From the IMG/VR virus record IMGVR_UViG_3300033070_001123: DNA of 64,000 nucleotides; one strand, written 5' to 3'. A model generated the notes under the pieces. That model was not told the origin of the DNA. It ran no database searches and saw only the letters and a list, made by a program, of their open reading frames with translations. The stretch comes from a virus. Its lineage: Duplodnaviria; Heunggongvirae; Uroviricota; Caudoviricetes. The position numbers and the translations under genes are program-made. Positions 12,301 to 20,014 of this stretch are shown piece by piece. Each line of letters begins with the position of its first letter. Within the stretch, counting starts at the first letter, position 1.

Positions 12301-13622
12301 CACCAATCTTGGTCTTCAGCATAATCTCTCCACTCCATATTACTTTGAGTTCCGCCATATACCCACTGTGTATTACCAGGCAAACCTGCGGTATTCTCTG
12401 TTGGAACGCCTATAAACTGATTGACAGCCAAATCTGTTCCGCTTATATTTGCTCCCCAAGCGTTCTTAGATTCAATAGTGAACCATCCTCTATGGAAGTT
12501 TGGAGGCATTGGGGTAGAAGCCCCATTTGTTGTCATATTGAATAAAAAGCCCTTTTGAGAAGAAGACCATGTTACAATAACGGTTCCCAAAGGATAGGGA
12601 TAATTTCCGTCATATGACGGGTTTGAACTAGAACTGATTTTTGTCTGTATTGCTGACTGCAAAATAGAAGCAACCTGTGTCATGGAAGTTGCAGCAGAAG
12701 TATTTATGTTTTGTATCTTGAGTCTTGCGTTGGCAACAGAAATAGAGAAGGCTCCATTTGTTACAGTTCTCCAAGTGGTTAGATCAGCCGCCTCATTCGC
12801 GCCAGAAGGCCTCCAAAACCAGTTTGAATACAAATAGCTCGCGCCCCATCCGCCCCACATGATTATGCCGTTAGCTTTTTCTTTTGCAAGAGCAACCATT
12901 TGAGACATATTGTTGTAACTTACCATTGTTCCAATATGCGTACTAGATGGATGGAATGAAAAAGTATAGAATGGATATACTGGCTTACCATTCGCAATTT
13001 TCAATTTCATTTGATCAATTGTTACTCCAGCAAATATCTTCCAATCATTTATAAACGATTGACTATTACCATAAAAAGGATAACAGCTTGGAGCTATAAA
13101 ATCGCAACAATTAGTAAACGGAGAAGAAACAAAAGCTCCATTTACATATCTTTGCGAAAGTCTATCCATCCAAGCAAGCCATGATTGGTAATTTGCCTGA
13201 TATGTTGGATTATTTGGATTTTGAGTATATTGCAAAGGAGCGTAATAGCTGTTTGGATGGCCACCAGGTATATCATACCAGCCAATTTTCAAATCAGGTC
13301 TACCCTGAGCGGCTGCTCTCGCTTTTGACCTATTGTAAATTTCAACAAGACAATCAAGAGCGGCATCCTTATCAGCCTCGCTCATAGACGGATTCCAAAT
13401 GTAAAATCTTGAAGTCTCCTCGTCCCAGGCTATTCCGTCCCAACCCTCGCTAATAGCTTGATCGACATATTGATTTATGACATCATTATTGATTGTTAAG
13501 GTTTGATAATTAGATATTGGGCTTGTACAAGCAGAAATAGCGCTCATTCCATAAACAGACCTAAATTGTCCGGCAGAAGGCTGTCCAGTAAAGCCAAAAC
13601 TTGCAAAAAACTTAAATGACAT
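3357..13622 (-). CDS. Giant multidomain virion protein (3421 aa). It has three tandem ~490-aa super-repeats, each with a hydrolase-like module, then a parallel beta-helix, PKD-like and FN3-like domains. It is probably a fibre, spike or depolymerase-type protein.
   Basis: This is a single 10266-nt ORF. The module GWYDIPGG...CDFIAPSCYPFYG...KPVYPFYTFSFHPS...IIMWGGWG recurs as VGFYFNPNF...CDVYPFYG...KPLYIFLNPSFHFS and VGFYGTPFAA...PSLYPIYQ...KPIYPFVMPTFFES. The linker segments repeat as well (LPGNTQWVYGG...DWWQA versus LPVGGTDVG...DWWHA). A beta-helix-like stretch reads NITFSGCLF...IGCNFVLNRC. An FN3-like stretch reads DFSHYVV...YYYKIVAYDVYGNAS. The start ATG is at 13622, 6 nt after an AGGGGA ribosome-binding site. 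Confidence 0.7.
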   Translation of the reverse strand: MSFKFFASFGFTGQPSAGQFRSVYGMSAISACTSPISNYQTLTINNDVINQYVDQAISEGWDGIAWDEETSRFYIWNPSMSEADKDAALDCLVEIYNRSKARAAAQGRPDLKIGWYDIPGGHPNSYYAPLQYTQNPNNPTYQANYQSWLAWMDRLSQRYVNGAFVSSPFTNCCDFIAPSCYPFYGNSQSFINDWKIFAGVTIDQMKLKIANGKPVYPFYTFSFHPSSTHIGTMVSYNNMSQMVALAKEKANGIIMWGGWGASYLYSNWFWRPSGANEAADLTTWRTVTNGAFSISVANARLKIQNINTSAATSMTQVASILQSAIQTKISSSSNPSYDGNYPYPLGTVIVTWSSSQKGFLFNMTTNGASTPMPPNFHRGWFTIESKNAWGANISGTDLAVNQFIGVPTENTAGLPGNTQWVYGGTQSNMEWRDYAEDQDWWQAYSEASLENAELKDFKYFMSSSYTGQPSFAGFEAYGINFMQTGGVVPFVESYSQAATTLLTGTLTISDSNINAGITAYLDPALGNNQALYYAYDLEFFQTYLDPTSNSDTVIDNMLESFNRVYTRTKELLAARGISNVKVGFYFNPNFKSYYDPVLYWFSRGNSTDYTTSYNTWTSKFRRVNLRKSGASYYTKKFSDYTDFITCDVYPFYGEQDPLDDAYYKENLIQAAKYTAGNKPLYIFLNPSFHFSTPWCSKLISGNYMIKMLSWCKRIADGAIVWNTYRPSYRRARSRHFMTASGGPPAIPTKTLSDWQTITNGCFNYFAQGYNRSISGVNFSVATSIGGTESTSVVNLIEAAINADLYYINNFFPTTVAYPSLMASRPYEMGSVVVTYQSSVSNNLPLSITQVPCFEFTYTTPSVQTPPDHSSYEGREFLYCYAYTGTLPVGGTDVGTALWIGTYSNTYQEYDSNIYAGQDFDSNEWSNGWVVGNDWWHALSSMATADKYTRDRSISVMETFGSTTSNGTVRSFSGMPTVPQLKSQYNIVRAYTAYTADSSWSQYTDSFIDSKLDAFIAEKADIFVWDVEGSYCNVTVTGPNWPYGVTEAEVDANLEQFRSLYTRTKIRAGLKGISNIKVGFYGTPFAANSYYGAYYWGSGGLAHSIPGSVFDASMRRINQRYQNGVYVTVPFADYNDFFTPSLYPIYQGWTTAETDEIYVAKGYIEKAIEIFGKVKPIYPFVMPTFFESGGQNVFMGMAQNATLSQGMYTQILDSGADGYIMWYANLPSLYSSNHRFTPTVSKTLAQWQAITNGCFIIAVDGYPVKVEGINFSTATSMADVAQKIQDGFNNKIATISIVTASYGSTWNSGSPTSPRNIGNVTVTWDSSNLRFVMNTLRGTLKSPSGMVFPPDFDKGFFVIKSWTAWTGSSSPGVDIGVDEWIGRHNVWTDLTNTRTDTTNEFGRWIESSRWWNSYKSIALGSYGTSIFNRVIPFINVVTPTSGDVPFTVHVDATNSYFNGVDAQDCIFEWDFGDNNPPTSVISRTMVFDPRVDSDYNADGSPHRKTSLSSKQRGINAAYTYYHNNNGNPFTITLKIWHNGAVSSAVSTTVTVSNPTIDSYPTNNSNNWVLLQVVPEQLTPPSNTFQTIDAAVSWINSNRTNGKAIIELLPGYSGSGNLNFPLNGKVTISKPNILIRASTAYSTQKPRIVAKNGSFSRSSPTALFELSATAYNINFQDIQFGASANVTGDPGGLEQGSDNTSNLIGCVIKSPASATTNASNITFSGCLFRNLYQAVTTSHFVTGVYFNQCHTSTTKIKSYDFIGCNFVLNRCFHATLNGFADGAQVFAVRTPADSPINFGGTSGLAEKLSMNFCRIDHLASLQGSSISSSGPINLYNSRYVTIYGSVLQDGSNNLNDVFAIRFDSNEMLAGGTKSLFVVTPPSSDITIVNNVLRPNTYTAGSTRINSGLFEFGGSYGLVNNLKIGNNTAIADINTNYQKAFWNFTTATGVGLSGIEFVNNLNTEHSGFCISRWISVGTNTGQFDKFSNNVWPQRLGFMDFAFVNGVVKTWDQWVSAGYEESPSQFEVITTDLQSIYKYKLDSSTNTPLASLSVLYPAASKDFNDEFRGSFSCGVGATKPYTLSYSTAAFIVSPSVTTRTRTAEAGWTPPSGAQNAFVAITDPVINTVDNNYASVAKPVIKKLTSNVSDILSFSSIGDTTSRALRIKFDPNGNSNIKNAYFGLLLDGGIKKFGATFVKNDNSTLSITSLTVSSYATLTDLSNAIYGAINTLFVNNNLGNPSTSIDLFGCGYLATSLLANTSAVSIESDTYSGFGRWVYSQFSSVTLGNYIKTTTTVTPTTDGYDIAITYTNDGPSGANDSVTGDIRQRICVLRVEGVLSGLKGKFLRCTDSSNLMDYDTSFKNYFGPGLNYPFDRFAPVVVVIGETYAVGVSVLYNFATSDLISQEFIGQYGVGSIGGIGVSCISNRLAWLTDIQGDSATVNADCLARGQSMQVTLSVRVTRNVRDWVKTLAPYKAYFAATHGSVSYMKDPRPIRPVVPAITSNTQPLYYHGYEDVNNQNPAIWGWAWWSNKVKYLYNTLGYERFFMWSPAGLYYNQNPYNYPSIMLTPFFDTNGAFPHSSAATVSDTCYTSLGNGTCVPGTFTVNPNLLKGTIYMLRDAIQEVPVFGFYQGYGTTVHKQWNPETKDFVGFENMDSAYIMNKAANELHLMANYAKTNMLGLDAYAAGTKGAIRQNKRAIDYIGYKYDGLKLLAEKSPEDITNINCMSFLFSFDLQSGPHVLADYILPGHETLVMFYFNTHWLDFPYSTYNEGHAKNALAAFARWGFVVGSIDNEQHASPKSPLVDASIFNAADRRFVYDQKPASVSSLAAPSGLQYKIIDAIVNQDYPDVHEQSIILSWNANTEADFSHYVVSRARIINGEPDLNLPYQEKLYTKKPIFVDYQVFPARTYYYKIVAYDVYGNASSPTTFEVTHIADDPVLNPPKNISSTANVGDGNVVVAWNAPSSEFEPSSTNRTPPKIIVQGSRRAVDLGNELFDLSNTYILVNEFVSWNNSDNRTMAQRAAEAVAEIVEARNRWASVRPNQPFRWTFWPQNFGPYDWGTPNTALFRHSSDFLSNGRYSGVWSTAGIQEARTRMQEYFGILANALNQEGIPHPYYLDPDYEGDGNGGFAGGVESERANWHNWLMADSRSSNTLFDGSISYADFTAQLKDLDGLPVPTSELYPYIYDQSLRASKLVHVYSSINAMRVDWGLYKSLFEPAKEVWPNVICGNWLLFGATRQYNANGYRFRESPVDFGPNMKSDVHVPSNYGWGLTDWIGFPTGYGYNTYYENASRFNIDLNKIKNPNELVKAMRIASLDYSLRACEGANPNKPIAAWLSYNNIPLVYNNLYERGNPKYPNGFSASVIDNRDHMMNLFRVMNKRNVSMVGWFCGQTLGANNTQEDTADTYSKIYEVVSNLQEAGYIV

Positions 13623-13686
13623 TCGTATCCCCTAAAGATTTCCTATACCATTATCGGGCAGCATTTAGAGCTAATAGGAATTAAAA

Positions 13687-13713
13687 GAACACAGAGGCTA
13701 TTTCTCTGTGTTC
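13687..13713 (-). terminator. Rho-independent terminator: a perfect 10-bp stem (gaacacagag / ctctgtgttc) with a 7-nt loop, followed on the minus strand by TTTTAATT.
   Basis: Inverted repeat read directly from the sequence. Together with the next feature it forms a double terminator between dut and the giant structural gene. Confidence 0.6.
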
Positions 13714-13725
13714 TAAAAGAAGCTT

Positions 13726-13752
13726 CAAAAAACCTTCCAAATCGGGAAGGGT
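13726..13752 (-). terminator. Rho-independent terminator: stem ccttcc/ggaagg with loop aaatcg, followed on the minus strand by TTTTTTG.
   Basis: Hairpin plus T-run immediately downstream of the dut stop at 13761. Confidence 0.6.
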
Positions 13753-13760
13753 TTAGATAT

Positions 13761-14237
13761 TTAGCTACCTGAAGAGCCAAATCCGCCAGAACCTCTTGCT
13801 GTCTCAACAAGCTCTTGAGCTTCAATAAAAAAAGCATCTACAGTGATTGAAACAACAAGTTGAGCTATTTTATCGCCCTTCTTATATTTCTTAAATGGCT
13901 TTGGCAAAGTAACATAAACTTCACCATCTGGCATTTGACTATATCGAAGGGTAGGCTTAAACCTTACAAGAAGTTCTCCTCTATAGCCATTATCCACAAG
14001 ACCAATACTATTAGCCAAAGCCATATCATATTTGCTAATACTAGACCTAGGCCATATTTCCGTATGAACACCCTGAAGAGGCTCAACTGCGAATCCTGTT
14101 CTATACTGTATAAAACCTTCTGAATCAACAACTCCGTCGTCGATTGCTACCAAATCGAATCCTGCGTCTCCATTTTTGGCTCTTGTCGGTATTTGAGCCT
14201 CAGGAACCAACTTTCTAAACTTAATTTGCGTCTTCAT
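13761..14237 (-). CDS. dut: dUTP diphosphatase (dUTPase).
   Basis: All canonical dUTPase motifs are present: AGFDL, RSS, GLVDNGYRGEL, GDKIAQLV and a C-terminal RGSGGFGSSG. The ATG is verified at 14235-14237. Confidence 0.9.
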   Translation of the reverse strand: MKTQIKFRKLVPEAQIPTRAKNGDAGFDLVAIDDGVVDSEGFIQYRTGFAVEPLQGVHTEIWPRSSISKYDMALANSIGLVDNGYRGELLVRFKPTLRYSQMPDGEVYVTLPKPFKKYKKGDKIAQLVVSITVDAFFIEAQELVETARGSGGFGSSGS

Positions 14238-14253
14238 AATTACTCCTTCTGTT

Positions 14254-16797
14254 TTAGCTACACTTGCTATGTCCGCAATCCTTACAAGTTAAACAACCCT
14301 CAAGACGAACAACATTAGAACTTGAACAACTAGGGCAAGCTGCGCCAGAAGCCTTTGTTCCATCAGGAATGTACTTCTTCAAAACCCTTGCCATAGCTTT
14401 ACCAAAGTTTGTCATATCACCAGGAGATTTTTCTAACTGGTCAACAACGTATGCTATATCTGAACCATGACGAAGAGATAGACTGATCATTCTAGTAATA
14501 ACAGCCTGCTCGTCTGTCAAAAGGTCGCAAACGTTCTGCACAACCGAGCCATCTTCAGCTTTGAGTTCATACTCTCCCCTCTTCTTCTTAGTAAGAGTTC
14601 CCTTCTTCAAAGTTGTAATACAGCCATTCTTACCAGCAAAAACCTCATAAGGATGACCTTCAAACATTCCAACAAGAACAAAGAAATCTTCGCCTCTTGA
14701 TCTTATATGATGAATGTCGCAATCAAGAGTTTGGGGCCTCTTTGGAGCGTTTGTCTTTTGAATGTTCTCTTTCTTCTTTTCAGAAGCAGAAACAAGAACA
14801 CCCGTTCGGCAACCGTCTCTATAAACAGTAAAGCCCTTACAACCAGCCTCCCAAGCCTTCATGTAAACCTCAGCAACAAGCTCTTTTGTAACATCATTAG
14901 GGAGGTTACAAGTCTTACTAATAGCATGGTCAATCCATTTCTGCGCGACAGATTGAATATCTACACTAGCGGACCAGTCTACGTCATTCGAAGTCGCCTT
15001 GTAATATGGAGACTTCTTGAAGAAGCTCAAATCATCATGAGAATTGATTGAACCCTTTTCACTTTCGTCAATCTTGTAACCATTAACATCCATCCATTCC
15101 TTGAATTGATGATGGAAAACAAAAAACTCTTGCCACTTATCACCCTTCTGATCTACAAAATCAACGCGAGTGTTAGTTCCGTCGCCAGTGTTAATCTTCT
15201 TACGACGCTTGTATAACAAGCTATACGCAGGCTCAATACCAGAAGTTGTCTGAGTCAACGTAGAAACAGAACCAGTAGGAGCGGTTGTTGTATTAGCTAT
15301 ATTTCTACGACCATACTTCTTGTATATAGCATAAACATCAGGAGCCGCCTCCCAAATACGATTAAGGAACGGATGGTCTTTCTCAAGCTTATGATCAAAG
15401 ACGGGGAAAGCGCCTCGTTCCTTAGCCATAACACAAGAGGCTCTGTATGAACCAATTGCAAGAGCTTGATACATCTTCTCTGTAAGAACAACAGACTCCT
15501 TAGAGCCGTAACGAACTCCGAGTGCCGCAAGAGCGTCACCAAGAGCCGTAATACCAAGTCCGGTTCTGCGACCATTTACGCATGCTTGCCTAATTCTTAC
15601 CCACAAATTTCTTTCAACATGCTTCGCGTCATCAGATTCCGGATCTGCATCAATCTTAGCGAGAATCTTATCAATCTGCTCAATCTCAATATCAATCATG
15701 TCGTCCATGAGACGTTGAGCAACCTCGGCAACTCTCTCTAACTCCTTAATGTCAAGGAATGAGTTTTCTGTAAACTTGTTACCAACAAAAGATAACAAGT
15801 TAATACAAATCAACCTACAAGAGTCATATGCACTAAGGACAATTTCTCCGCATGGATTTGTAGAAAGACTCTCATAACCAAAGTCTTTATAGATATCAGC
15901 AGGAGTAAATTTCTGAGCGGTATCCCAAAAGAGAAGACCAGGCTCCGCAGATTGCCAAGCAGCATCAATAATCTCTTTCCACAAAGATTCTGCGTCAACC
16001 ATCTCCCTAATCTTTGGTTCGCTAGAATTAACAGGCCAACGCAATTCAACTTGCGTCTTATTCTTAACTGCATTCATAAACTCATCAGTTAAACGAATAG
16101 AAATGTTTGCACCAGTTACCTTAGAAAGGTCTTTCTTGATATTTATGAAAGTCCTAATCTCAGGATGATGACATGAGATAGTCAACATCAAAGCGCCGCG
16201 ACGACCGTTCTGAGCAACTTCTCTACAAGTATTAGAGAACCGCTCCATGAAAACGCCAATACCATCTGTTGTTCTAGCTGCGTTATTGGTTTGAAGACCA
16301 CGGGGACGGATATGGCTAATATCAAAACCAACACCGCCACGACGCTTCATAATTTGAGCTTGCTCTTGATCTGTCTTCAAGATACCACCATAACTATCTT
16401 CAGGAGACGGTATGACAAAACAATTGGAACAAGACTGAATTTGATATGGATTTCCAATTGCGCTCATTGGAGAACCCTGAGGTACGATATATTTGAAATG
16501 CTTGAAATACTCGTATATCTCTTGCTCTGAAAGAGGATTAGGATATTTCTTCTCTATCCTCGCAAACTCTCTAGCAAGCCTACGATGCATTTGATCTGGA
16601 TTTGATTCCAGAATTCTACCTTCATTATCCCTAAGAGCGTACTTGCTTACAAAAACGCTCGCCGCCAAACTATCTCCCCCAAAGTATTCAAGCGATTTGT
16701 CCAACGCTTCTTGATTCGAGTATATCTTCTTAATTGAACCTTCGTCTACACTAACATCAGTATCCATCATAATCATTTTCTTCTCCATGTATTCCAA
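14254..16797 (-). CDS. Ribonucleotide reductase large or catalytic subunit (847 aa), probably class II monomeric (B12-dependent).
   Basis: Contains the active-site NPCGEI motif (TNPCGEIVL). The C-terminus is a four-Cys zinc ribbon (CPSCSSS...CLTCKDC). There is no ATP cone and no NrdB-like gene nearby. The class assignment is an inference. Confidence 0.8.
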   Translation of the reverse strand: MEYMEKKMIMMDTDVSVDEGSIKKIYSNQEALDKSLEYFGGDSLAASVFVSKYALRDNEGRILESNPDQMHRRLAREFARIEKKYPNPLSEQEIYEYFKHFKYIVPQGSPMSAIGNPYQIQSCSNCFVIPSPEDSYGGILKTDQEQAQIMKRRGGVGFDISHIRPRGLQTNNAARTTDGIGVFMERFSNTCREVAQNGRRGALMLTISCHHPEIRTFINIKKDLSKVTGANISIRLTDEFMNAVKNKTQVELRWPVNSSEPKIREMVDAESLWKEIIDAAWQSAEPGLLFWDTAQKFTPADIYKDFGYESLSTNPCGEIVLSAYDSCRLICINLLSFVGNKFTENSFLDIKELERVAEVAQRLMDDMIDIEIEQIDKILAKIDADPESDDAKHVERNLWVRIRQACVNGRRTGLGITALGDALAALGVRYGSKESVVLTEKMYQALAIGSYRASCVMAKERGAFPVFDHKLEKDHPFLNRIWEAAPDVYAIYKKYGRRNIANTTTAPTGSVSTLTQTTSGIEPAYSLLYKRRKKINTGDGTNTRVDFVDQKGDKWQEFFVFHHQFKEWMDVNGYKIDESEKGSINSHDDLSFFKKSPYYKATSNDVDWSASVDIQSVAQKWIDHAISKTCNLPNDVTKELVAEVYMKAWEAGCKGFTVYRDGCRTGVLVSASEKKKENIQKTNAPKRPQTLDCDIHHIRSRGEDFFVLVGMFEGHPYEVFAGKNGCITTLKKGTLTKKKRGEYELKAEDGSVVQNVCDLLTDEQAVITRMISLSLRHGSDIAYVVDQLEKSPGDMTNFGKAMARVLKKYIPDGTKASGAACPSCSSSNVVRLEGCLTCKDCGHSKCS

Positions 16798-16850
16798 TTA
16801 GGTGTAAAAGGGATTTCCAATAATAGTATTCGTCTTCCTTCTGTCAGAAT

Positions 16851-18194
16851 TTAGAAATCGTCATCTAAAAAATCTTCTAACATAGGATTCATTGCTTGTC
16901 CAAAGCCAAATGGCTTATTCTTACTCTGTTGCTCCATGTAGGTGGAATAATCCTTATCCTTTGTTTCCTTAATTGCTCTATCAAAATGCTTCTTTTGAAG
17001 AAGGAGTTTTTCTCCTTCGAAAGAAGAATCTTTGACTGCAAATATAGCAGAGGTCAAACAGAGGTCGTTCATGTGAGCGCCAGTTAGACCGTCAGTTGCC
17101 TTTGCAAACTTTTCAAAATTAACGGTCTTGGCTACAACAAATTTCTCCGTGAACTTACGGAGCATTTTTACTCGACATTCTTCGTTGGGCTTATCAACGC
17201 TTATGATTCTATCAAATCTTCCCGGGCGATTCTTGATTGCGTTCTCAAGCTCTCCAAGAGCATTTGTTGTTCCGAGCGTTATGATATCGCCAAAAGATTC
17301 AAGACCATCAAGCTTGTTCATAAGCTCCATAACGAACGCCGAGCCACCCTTTGATCTATCAGAAGCAATCCAATCAATGTCTTCTATTACAAAGAGGCAT
17401 GGAGCAAGATCTTTTACTATCTCGCAAACTCTAGATATAGAATTAGGATTAGGAAAATCAGAAGGCAAAGCGTACAAAACGCTATATCCTGATTCTCTCG
17501 CAAGACACTTACAAATCTTTGTCTTACCAGTTCCAGGCACGCCATGAAGAATAACGCCTCTCTTAACCGAGAGACCATATTTCTTGAAAGTTTCTCTTAG
17601 AGCAAAATTCTCTTCTATATTAGACTTAATAACCTTCTTCGTACTTTCAGGAAGAATGATATCGTCCCAAGAAACATTTTCAAGCTTTAAGAAATTGCCT
17701 CTGCAATCAATCTTCTTGCCCTTATAAAGATTATTCTCAGAAGCATACTTCTTAAGTTTTTGCAACAGCTTAGAATCTTCTTCAGAAGTTGTTATGCTAT
17801 AGGAATATTCTTCTCTTCCATGACCCCTATCAATTTGAACACAAAGCTTGCTGCCTTCTTTCTCGTAAAAGAGACAGCCTTCTCTGTATCCCTTGATATA
17901 CTTATCAGGAGATATCTCTATATCGAATGTTACAACAGGAGTTTTCGCTGTAAACGAAAAATCGCATTGTTCTGTTAGAGTCCATCCCTCTTTAGTAAAG
18001 AAGTCATTCCAAACAGCCTGCATCTTTCTATGCTCGTAAGGCGAGAGCGTCTCCGAATTGAGGGCTGTTGTTTTGGCGTTTCCAAAGAAACCATTAATGT
18101 AGTTATCCCTAAAGGAGTCTCCTTCAGCAGCCATTAATGAATGGGCGAACTCTAATAAGGTTGCGTCCTTAAGATGAATCTTAGATATGTCCAT
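16851..18194 (-). CDS. AAA+ ATPase with an N-terminal domain of unknown function.
   Basis: Walker A motif GVPGTGKT, Walker B motif LFVIEDID, and the second region of homology PGRFDR. I moved the start to the ATG at 18194, 1 nt after the DHH gene stop at 18196-18198. This avoids the 110-bp overlap produced by the most upstream in-frame start in the ORF track. Confidence 0.75.
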   Translation of the reverse strand: MDISKIHLKDATLLEFAHSLMAAEGDSFRDNYINGFFGNAKTTALNSETLSPYEHRKMQAVWNDFFTKEGWTLTEQCDFSFTAKTPVVTFDIEISPDKYIKGYREGCLFYEKEGSKLCVQIDRGHGREEYSYSITTSEEDSKLLQKLKKYASENNLYKGKKIDCRGNFLKLENVSWDDIILPESTKKVIKSNIEENFALRETFKKYGLSVKRGVILHGVPGTGKTKICKCLARESGYSVLYALPSDFPNPNSISRVCEIVKDLAPCLFVIEDIDWIASDRSKGGSAFVMELMNKLDGLESFGDIITLGTTNALGELENAIKNRPGRFDRIISVDKPNEECRVKMLRKFTEKFVVAKTVNFEKFAKATDGLTGAHMNDLCLTSAIFAVKDSSFEGEKLLLQKKHFDRAIKETKDKDYSTYMEQQSKNKPFGFGQAMNPMLEDFLDDDF

Positions 18195-18195
18195 A

Positions 18196-19341
18196 TTATA
18201 TGTTGCTCTTCTCTGTTCTCGCTTTATCAGCGTAGTATTCAAAAAACGGGGCAACGAGTTGCTCGATACGAACCGCCCCATTTTCCTGCCTCTTAGCAAA
18301 GTCAATTACTGCTGATATCTTATCGTCAAGAGGAACCTTCGCCGCGCCAGCACCACGACGCCCGCCCCCATACTTTTTGCCAAATATCTTCTGAATAAAC
18401 TGAGAAACATTGATACCCAAAACGCCCGTTCTGAAAGATGCTATCAAAAACTTGGGCTTATCAAAGCCTTCGTCAACAAGCCCCATAACAAGAGCGCTAT
18501 CTATTGACTCGACTTCGAGCATTTCTTCGCAAAGCTTCGCAAGCAAGGCTCTTTGCTGAGGATTAACAATGCCAACATTTGATATGGTCAGGTTATTTCC
18601 GCTAATACAGAAGTTTGAATATGCTCTTCTTCTAAGCTCCAACAAAGCCAAAGGCTTAGGATAATCGTAGATCTTCCTAAGAAGCTCAACGTCCATAATT
18701 GACCTGAGAAAATCCATTGCGTCAATATCGTTCTGAACGGTTCCTTCTGATTTCAAATCCGCAGTATCTGTTGAAATGCCAAGATAAAGAGCCGTTGCAA
18801 GACCTTTGCTTATTGGGATATTCAATCCCGTTAGCATTTCAAGCAATATGGTCGAGCATGCGCCGTACTGCTTATTTATATACATAGGACAGTCTATAGA
18901 AGGATTGATTGTATGATGGTCTATAACAGCGTCTGGCTTTCTATCTTTTTCAAGGAAAGCAAAAACTCCGGTATTGTTTTCTTTTCCAAAGTTTGCGCTT
19001 GTATCAACAACAATGACGCAGCTTTTCTTGATGTTGTCTTTTATTTGCTGAGTTGATTCTTCTTCGTTATCCTCGTCAACCTCAAGCTTGATTGCTGAAA
19101 TATTGAGGACATTCATCATGACGCTATTTTGAGTATAAGGAATTTCTCCGCCATAATAAATGACGGCATTCTTACCCTTTGATTGAGCAAGGGTTTGAAT
19201 GGCAAAAGCTGAAGCCAAACAATCGGGGTCTGGCTGGTCATGACAAATGATTGAAATGTCGTCGTTCTTGTCAATAATAGACAACCACTTTTCAACAACC
19301 TTAGTGTCAATCTTGATATTTTCCGTTTGCTGATCGCCCAT
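18196..19341 (-). CDS. DHH/DHHA1-family phosphoesterase (NrnA/RecJ-core-like nanoRNase or phosphodiesterase).
   Basis: Motif I HDQPDPDCLAS, motif II VVDTS, motif III IDHH, and a motif IV-like GGGRRG at the C-terminus. Confidence 0.75.
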   Translation of the reverse strand: MGDQQTENIKIDTKVVEKWLSIIDKNDDISIICHDQPDPDCLASAFAIQTLAQSKGKNAVIYYGGEIPYTQNSVMMNVLNISAIKLEVDEDNEEESTQQIKDNIKKSCVIVVDTSANFGKENNTGVFAFLEKDRKPDAVIDHHTINPSIDCPMYINKQYGACSTILLEMLTGLNIPISKGLATALYLGISTDTADLKSEGTVQNDIDAMDFLRSIMDVELLRKIYDYPKPLALLELRRRAYSNFCISGNNLTISNVGIVNPQQRALLAKLCEEMLEVESIDSALVMGLVDEGFDKPKFLIASFRTGVLGINVSQFIQKIFGKKYGGGRRGAGAAKVPLDDKISAVIDFAKRQENGAVRIEQLVAPFFEYYADKARTEKSNI

Positions 19342-19342
19342 T

Positions 19343-20014
19343 TTATGTCAACCTATTTAACCACTCTAACCTAGGAAGCCCATTGGGTTTACACTCGTCA
19401 ATGGCTGCCTGCAAAGAAATCTTGGGCCAGTATGGTGCATCGCCACAATTCGTTACGGGAATCGGAGATTCACGGCTGATCCATTCCATTGCCGCAGAAA
19501 AATTGGTCAGAGTATTTGTACTATGATTCTTGTTCTTTCCATAAAAATCTGTTTGCTCTCCTCGATAAGAACAATCGCAACCGAGAAGAACAACTTTAGA
19601 AAAACCCATCGCAACGGCAAGCTGAACAGAAAGACAAGCTGTTGAGCCGCCGCCATGCAAAACGCTTGGGTCTTCTCCAAAAGAGAAACTACCTCGCTCT
19701 ATTCTAAAATGCGTAAACAGGTCTTCTTTGTCTATTTCTTTTCTTGTTAGTTTTGCGCAAGCAAGAGTAACAAGGTCACGAAAACAGTCTTCATACAAAG
19801 ACTCGTCCTGCCACATAAGAATGCATGGCGAAAGAACCTTATATGCTCGATTCGTGCCTATGGTAAAATAGTTCTTGATTAGGTCAAGATTGTTGTCAAG
19901 AAGAGAAGGCCCATTGCCTATTATGAAAGCTGTCTCACCGACAAACCTTTTCTTCCAGAGCTTTATAGGAAACTTGTATCTCGACCTAAAAATCATAACA
20001 AAAACTGATTCCAA
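19343..20014 (-). CDS. GT42/DUF115-like protein (Cst-II or Maf-like fold). Tandem paralog A.
   Basis: FIIGNGPSL...TIGTNR and GGGSTACLSVQLAVAMGFSKVVLLGCDC...DFYG resemble the Cst-II-type GNGPSL...CNQ and SGIDFY signatures. This is an assignment from memory. Confidence 0.45.
   Translation of the reverse strand: MESVFVMIFRSRYKFPIKLWKKRFVGETAFIIGNGPSLLDNNLDLIKNYFTIGTNRAYKVLSPCILMWQDESLYEDCFRDLVTLACAKLTRKEIDKEDLFTHFRIERGSFSFGEDPSVLHGGGSTACLSVQLAVAMGFSKVVLLGCDCSYRGEQTDFYGKNKNHSTNTLTNFSAAMEWISRESPIPVTNCGDAPYWPKISLQAAIDECKPNGLPRLEWLNRLT

Noticed and set aside
16851-18305. AAA+ ATPase start at 18305, as in the ORF track.
   Set aside because: It would overlap the DHH phosphoesterase gene by 110 bp in another frame. 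The ATG at 18194, giving MDISKIHLK..., sits 1 nt after the DHH stop and is the more plausible start.
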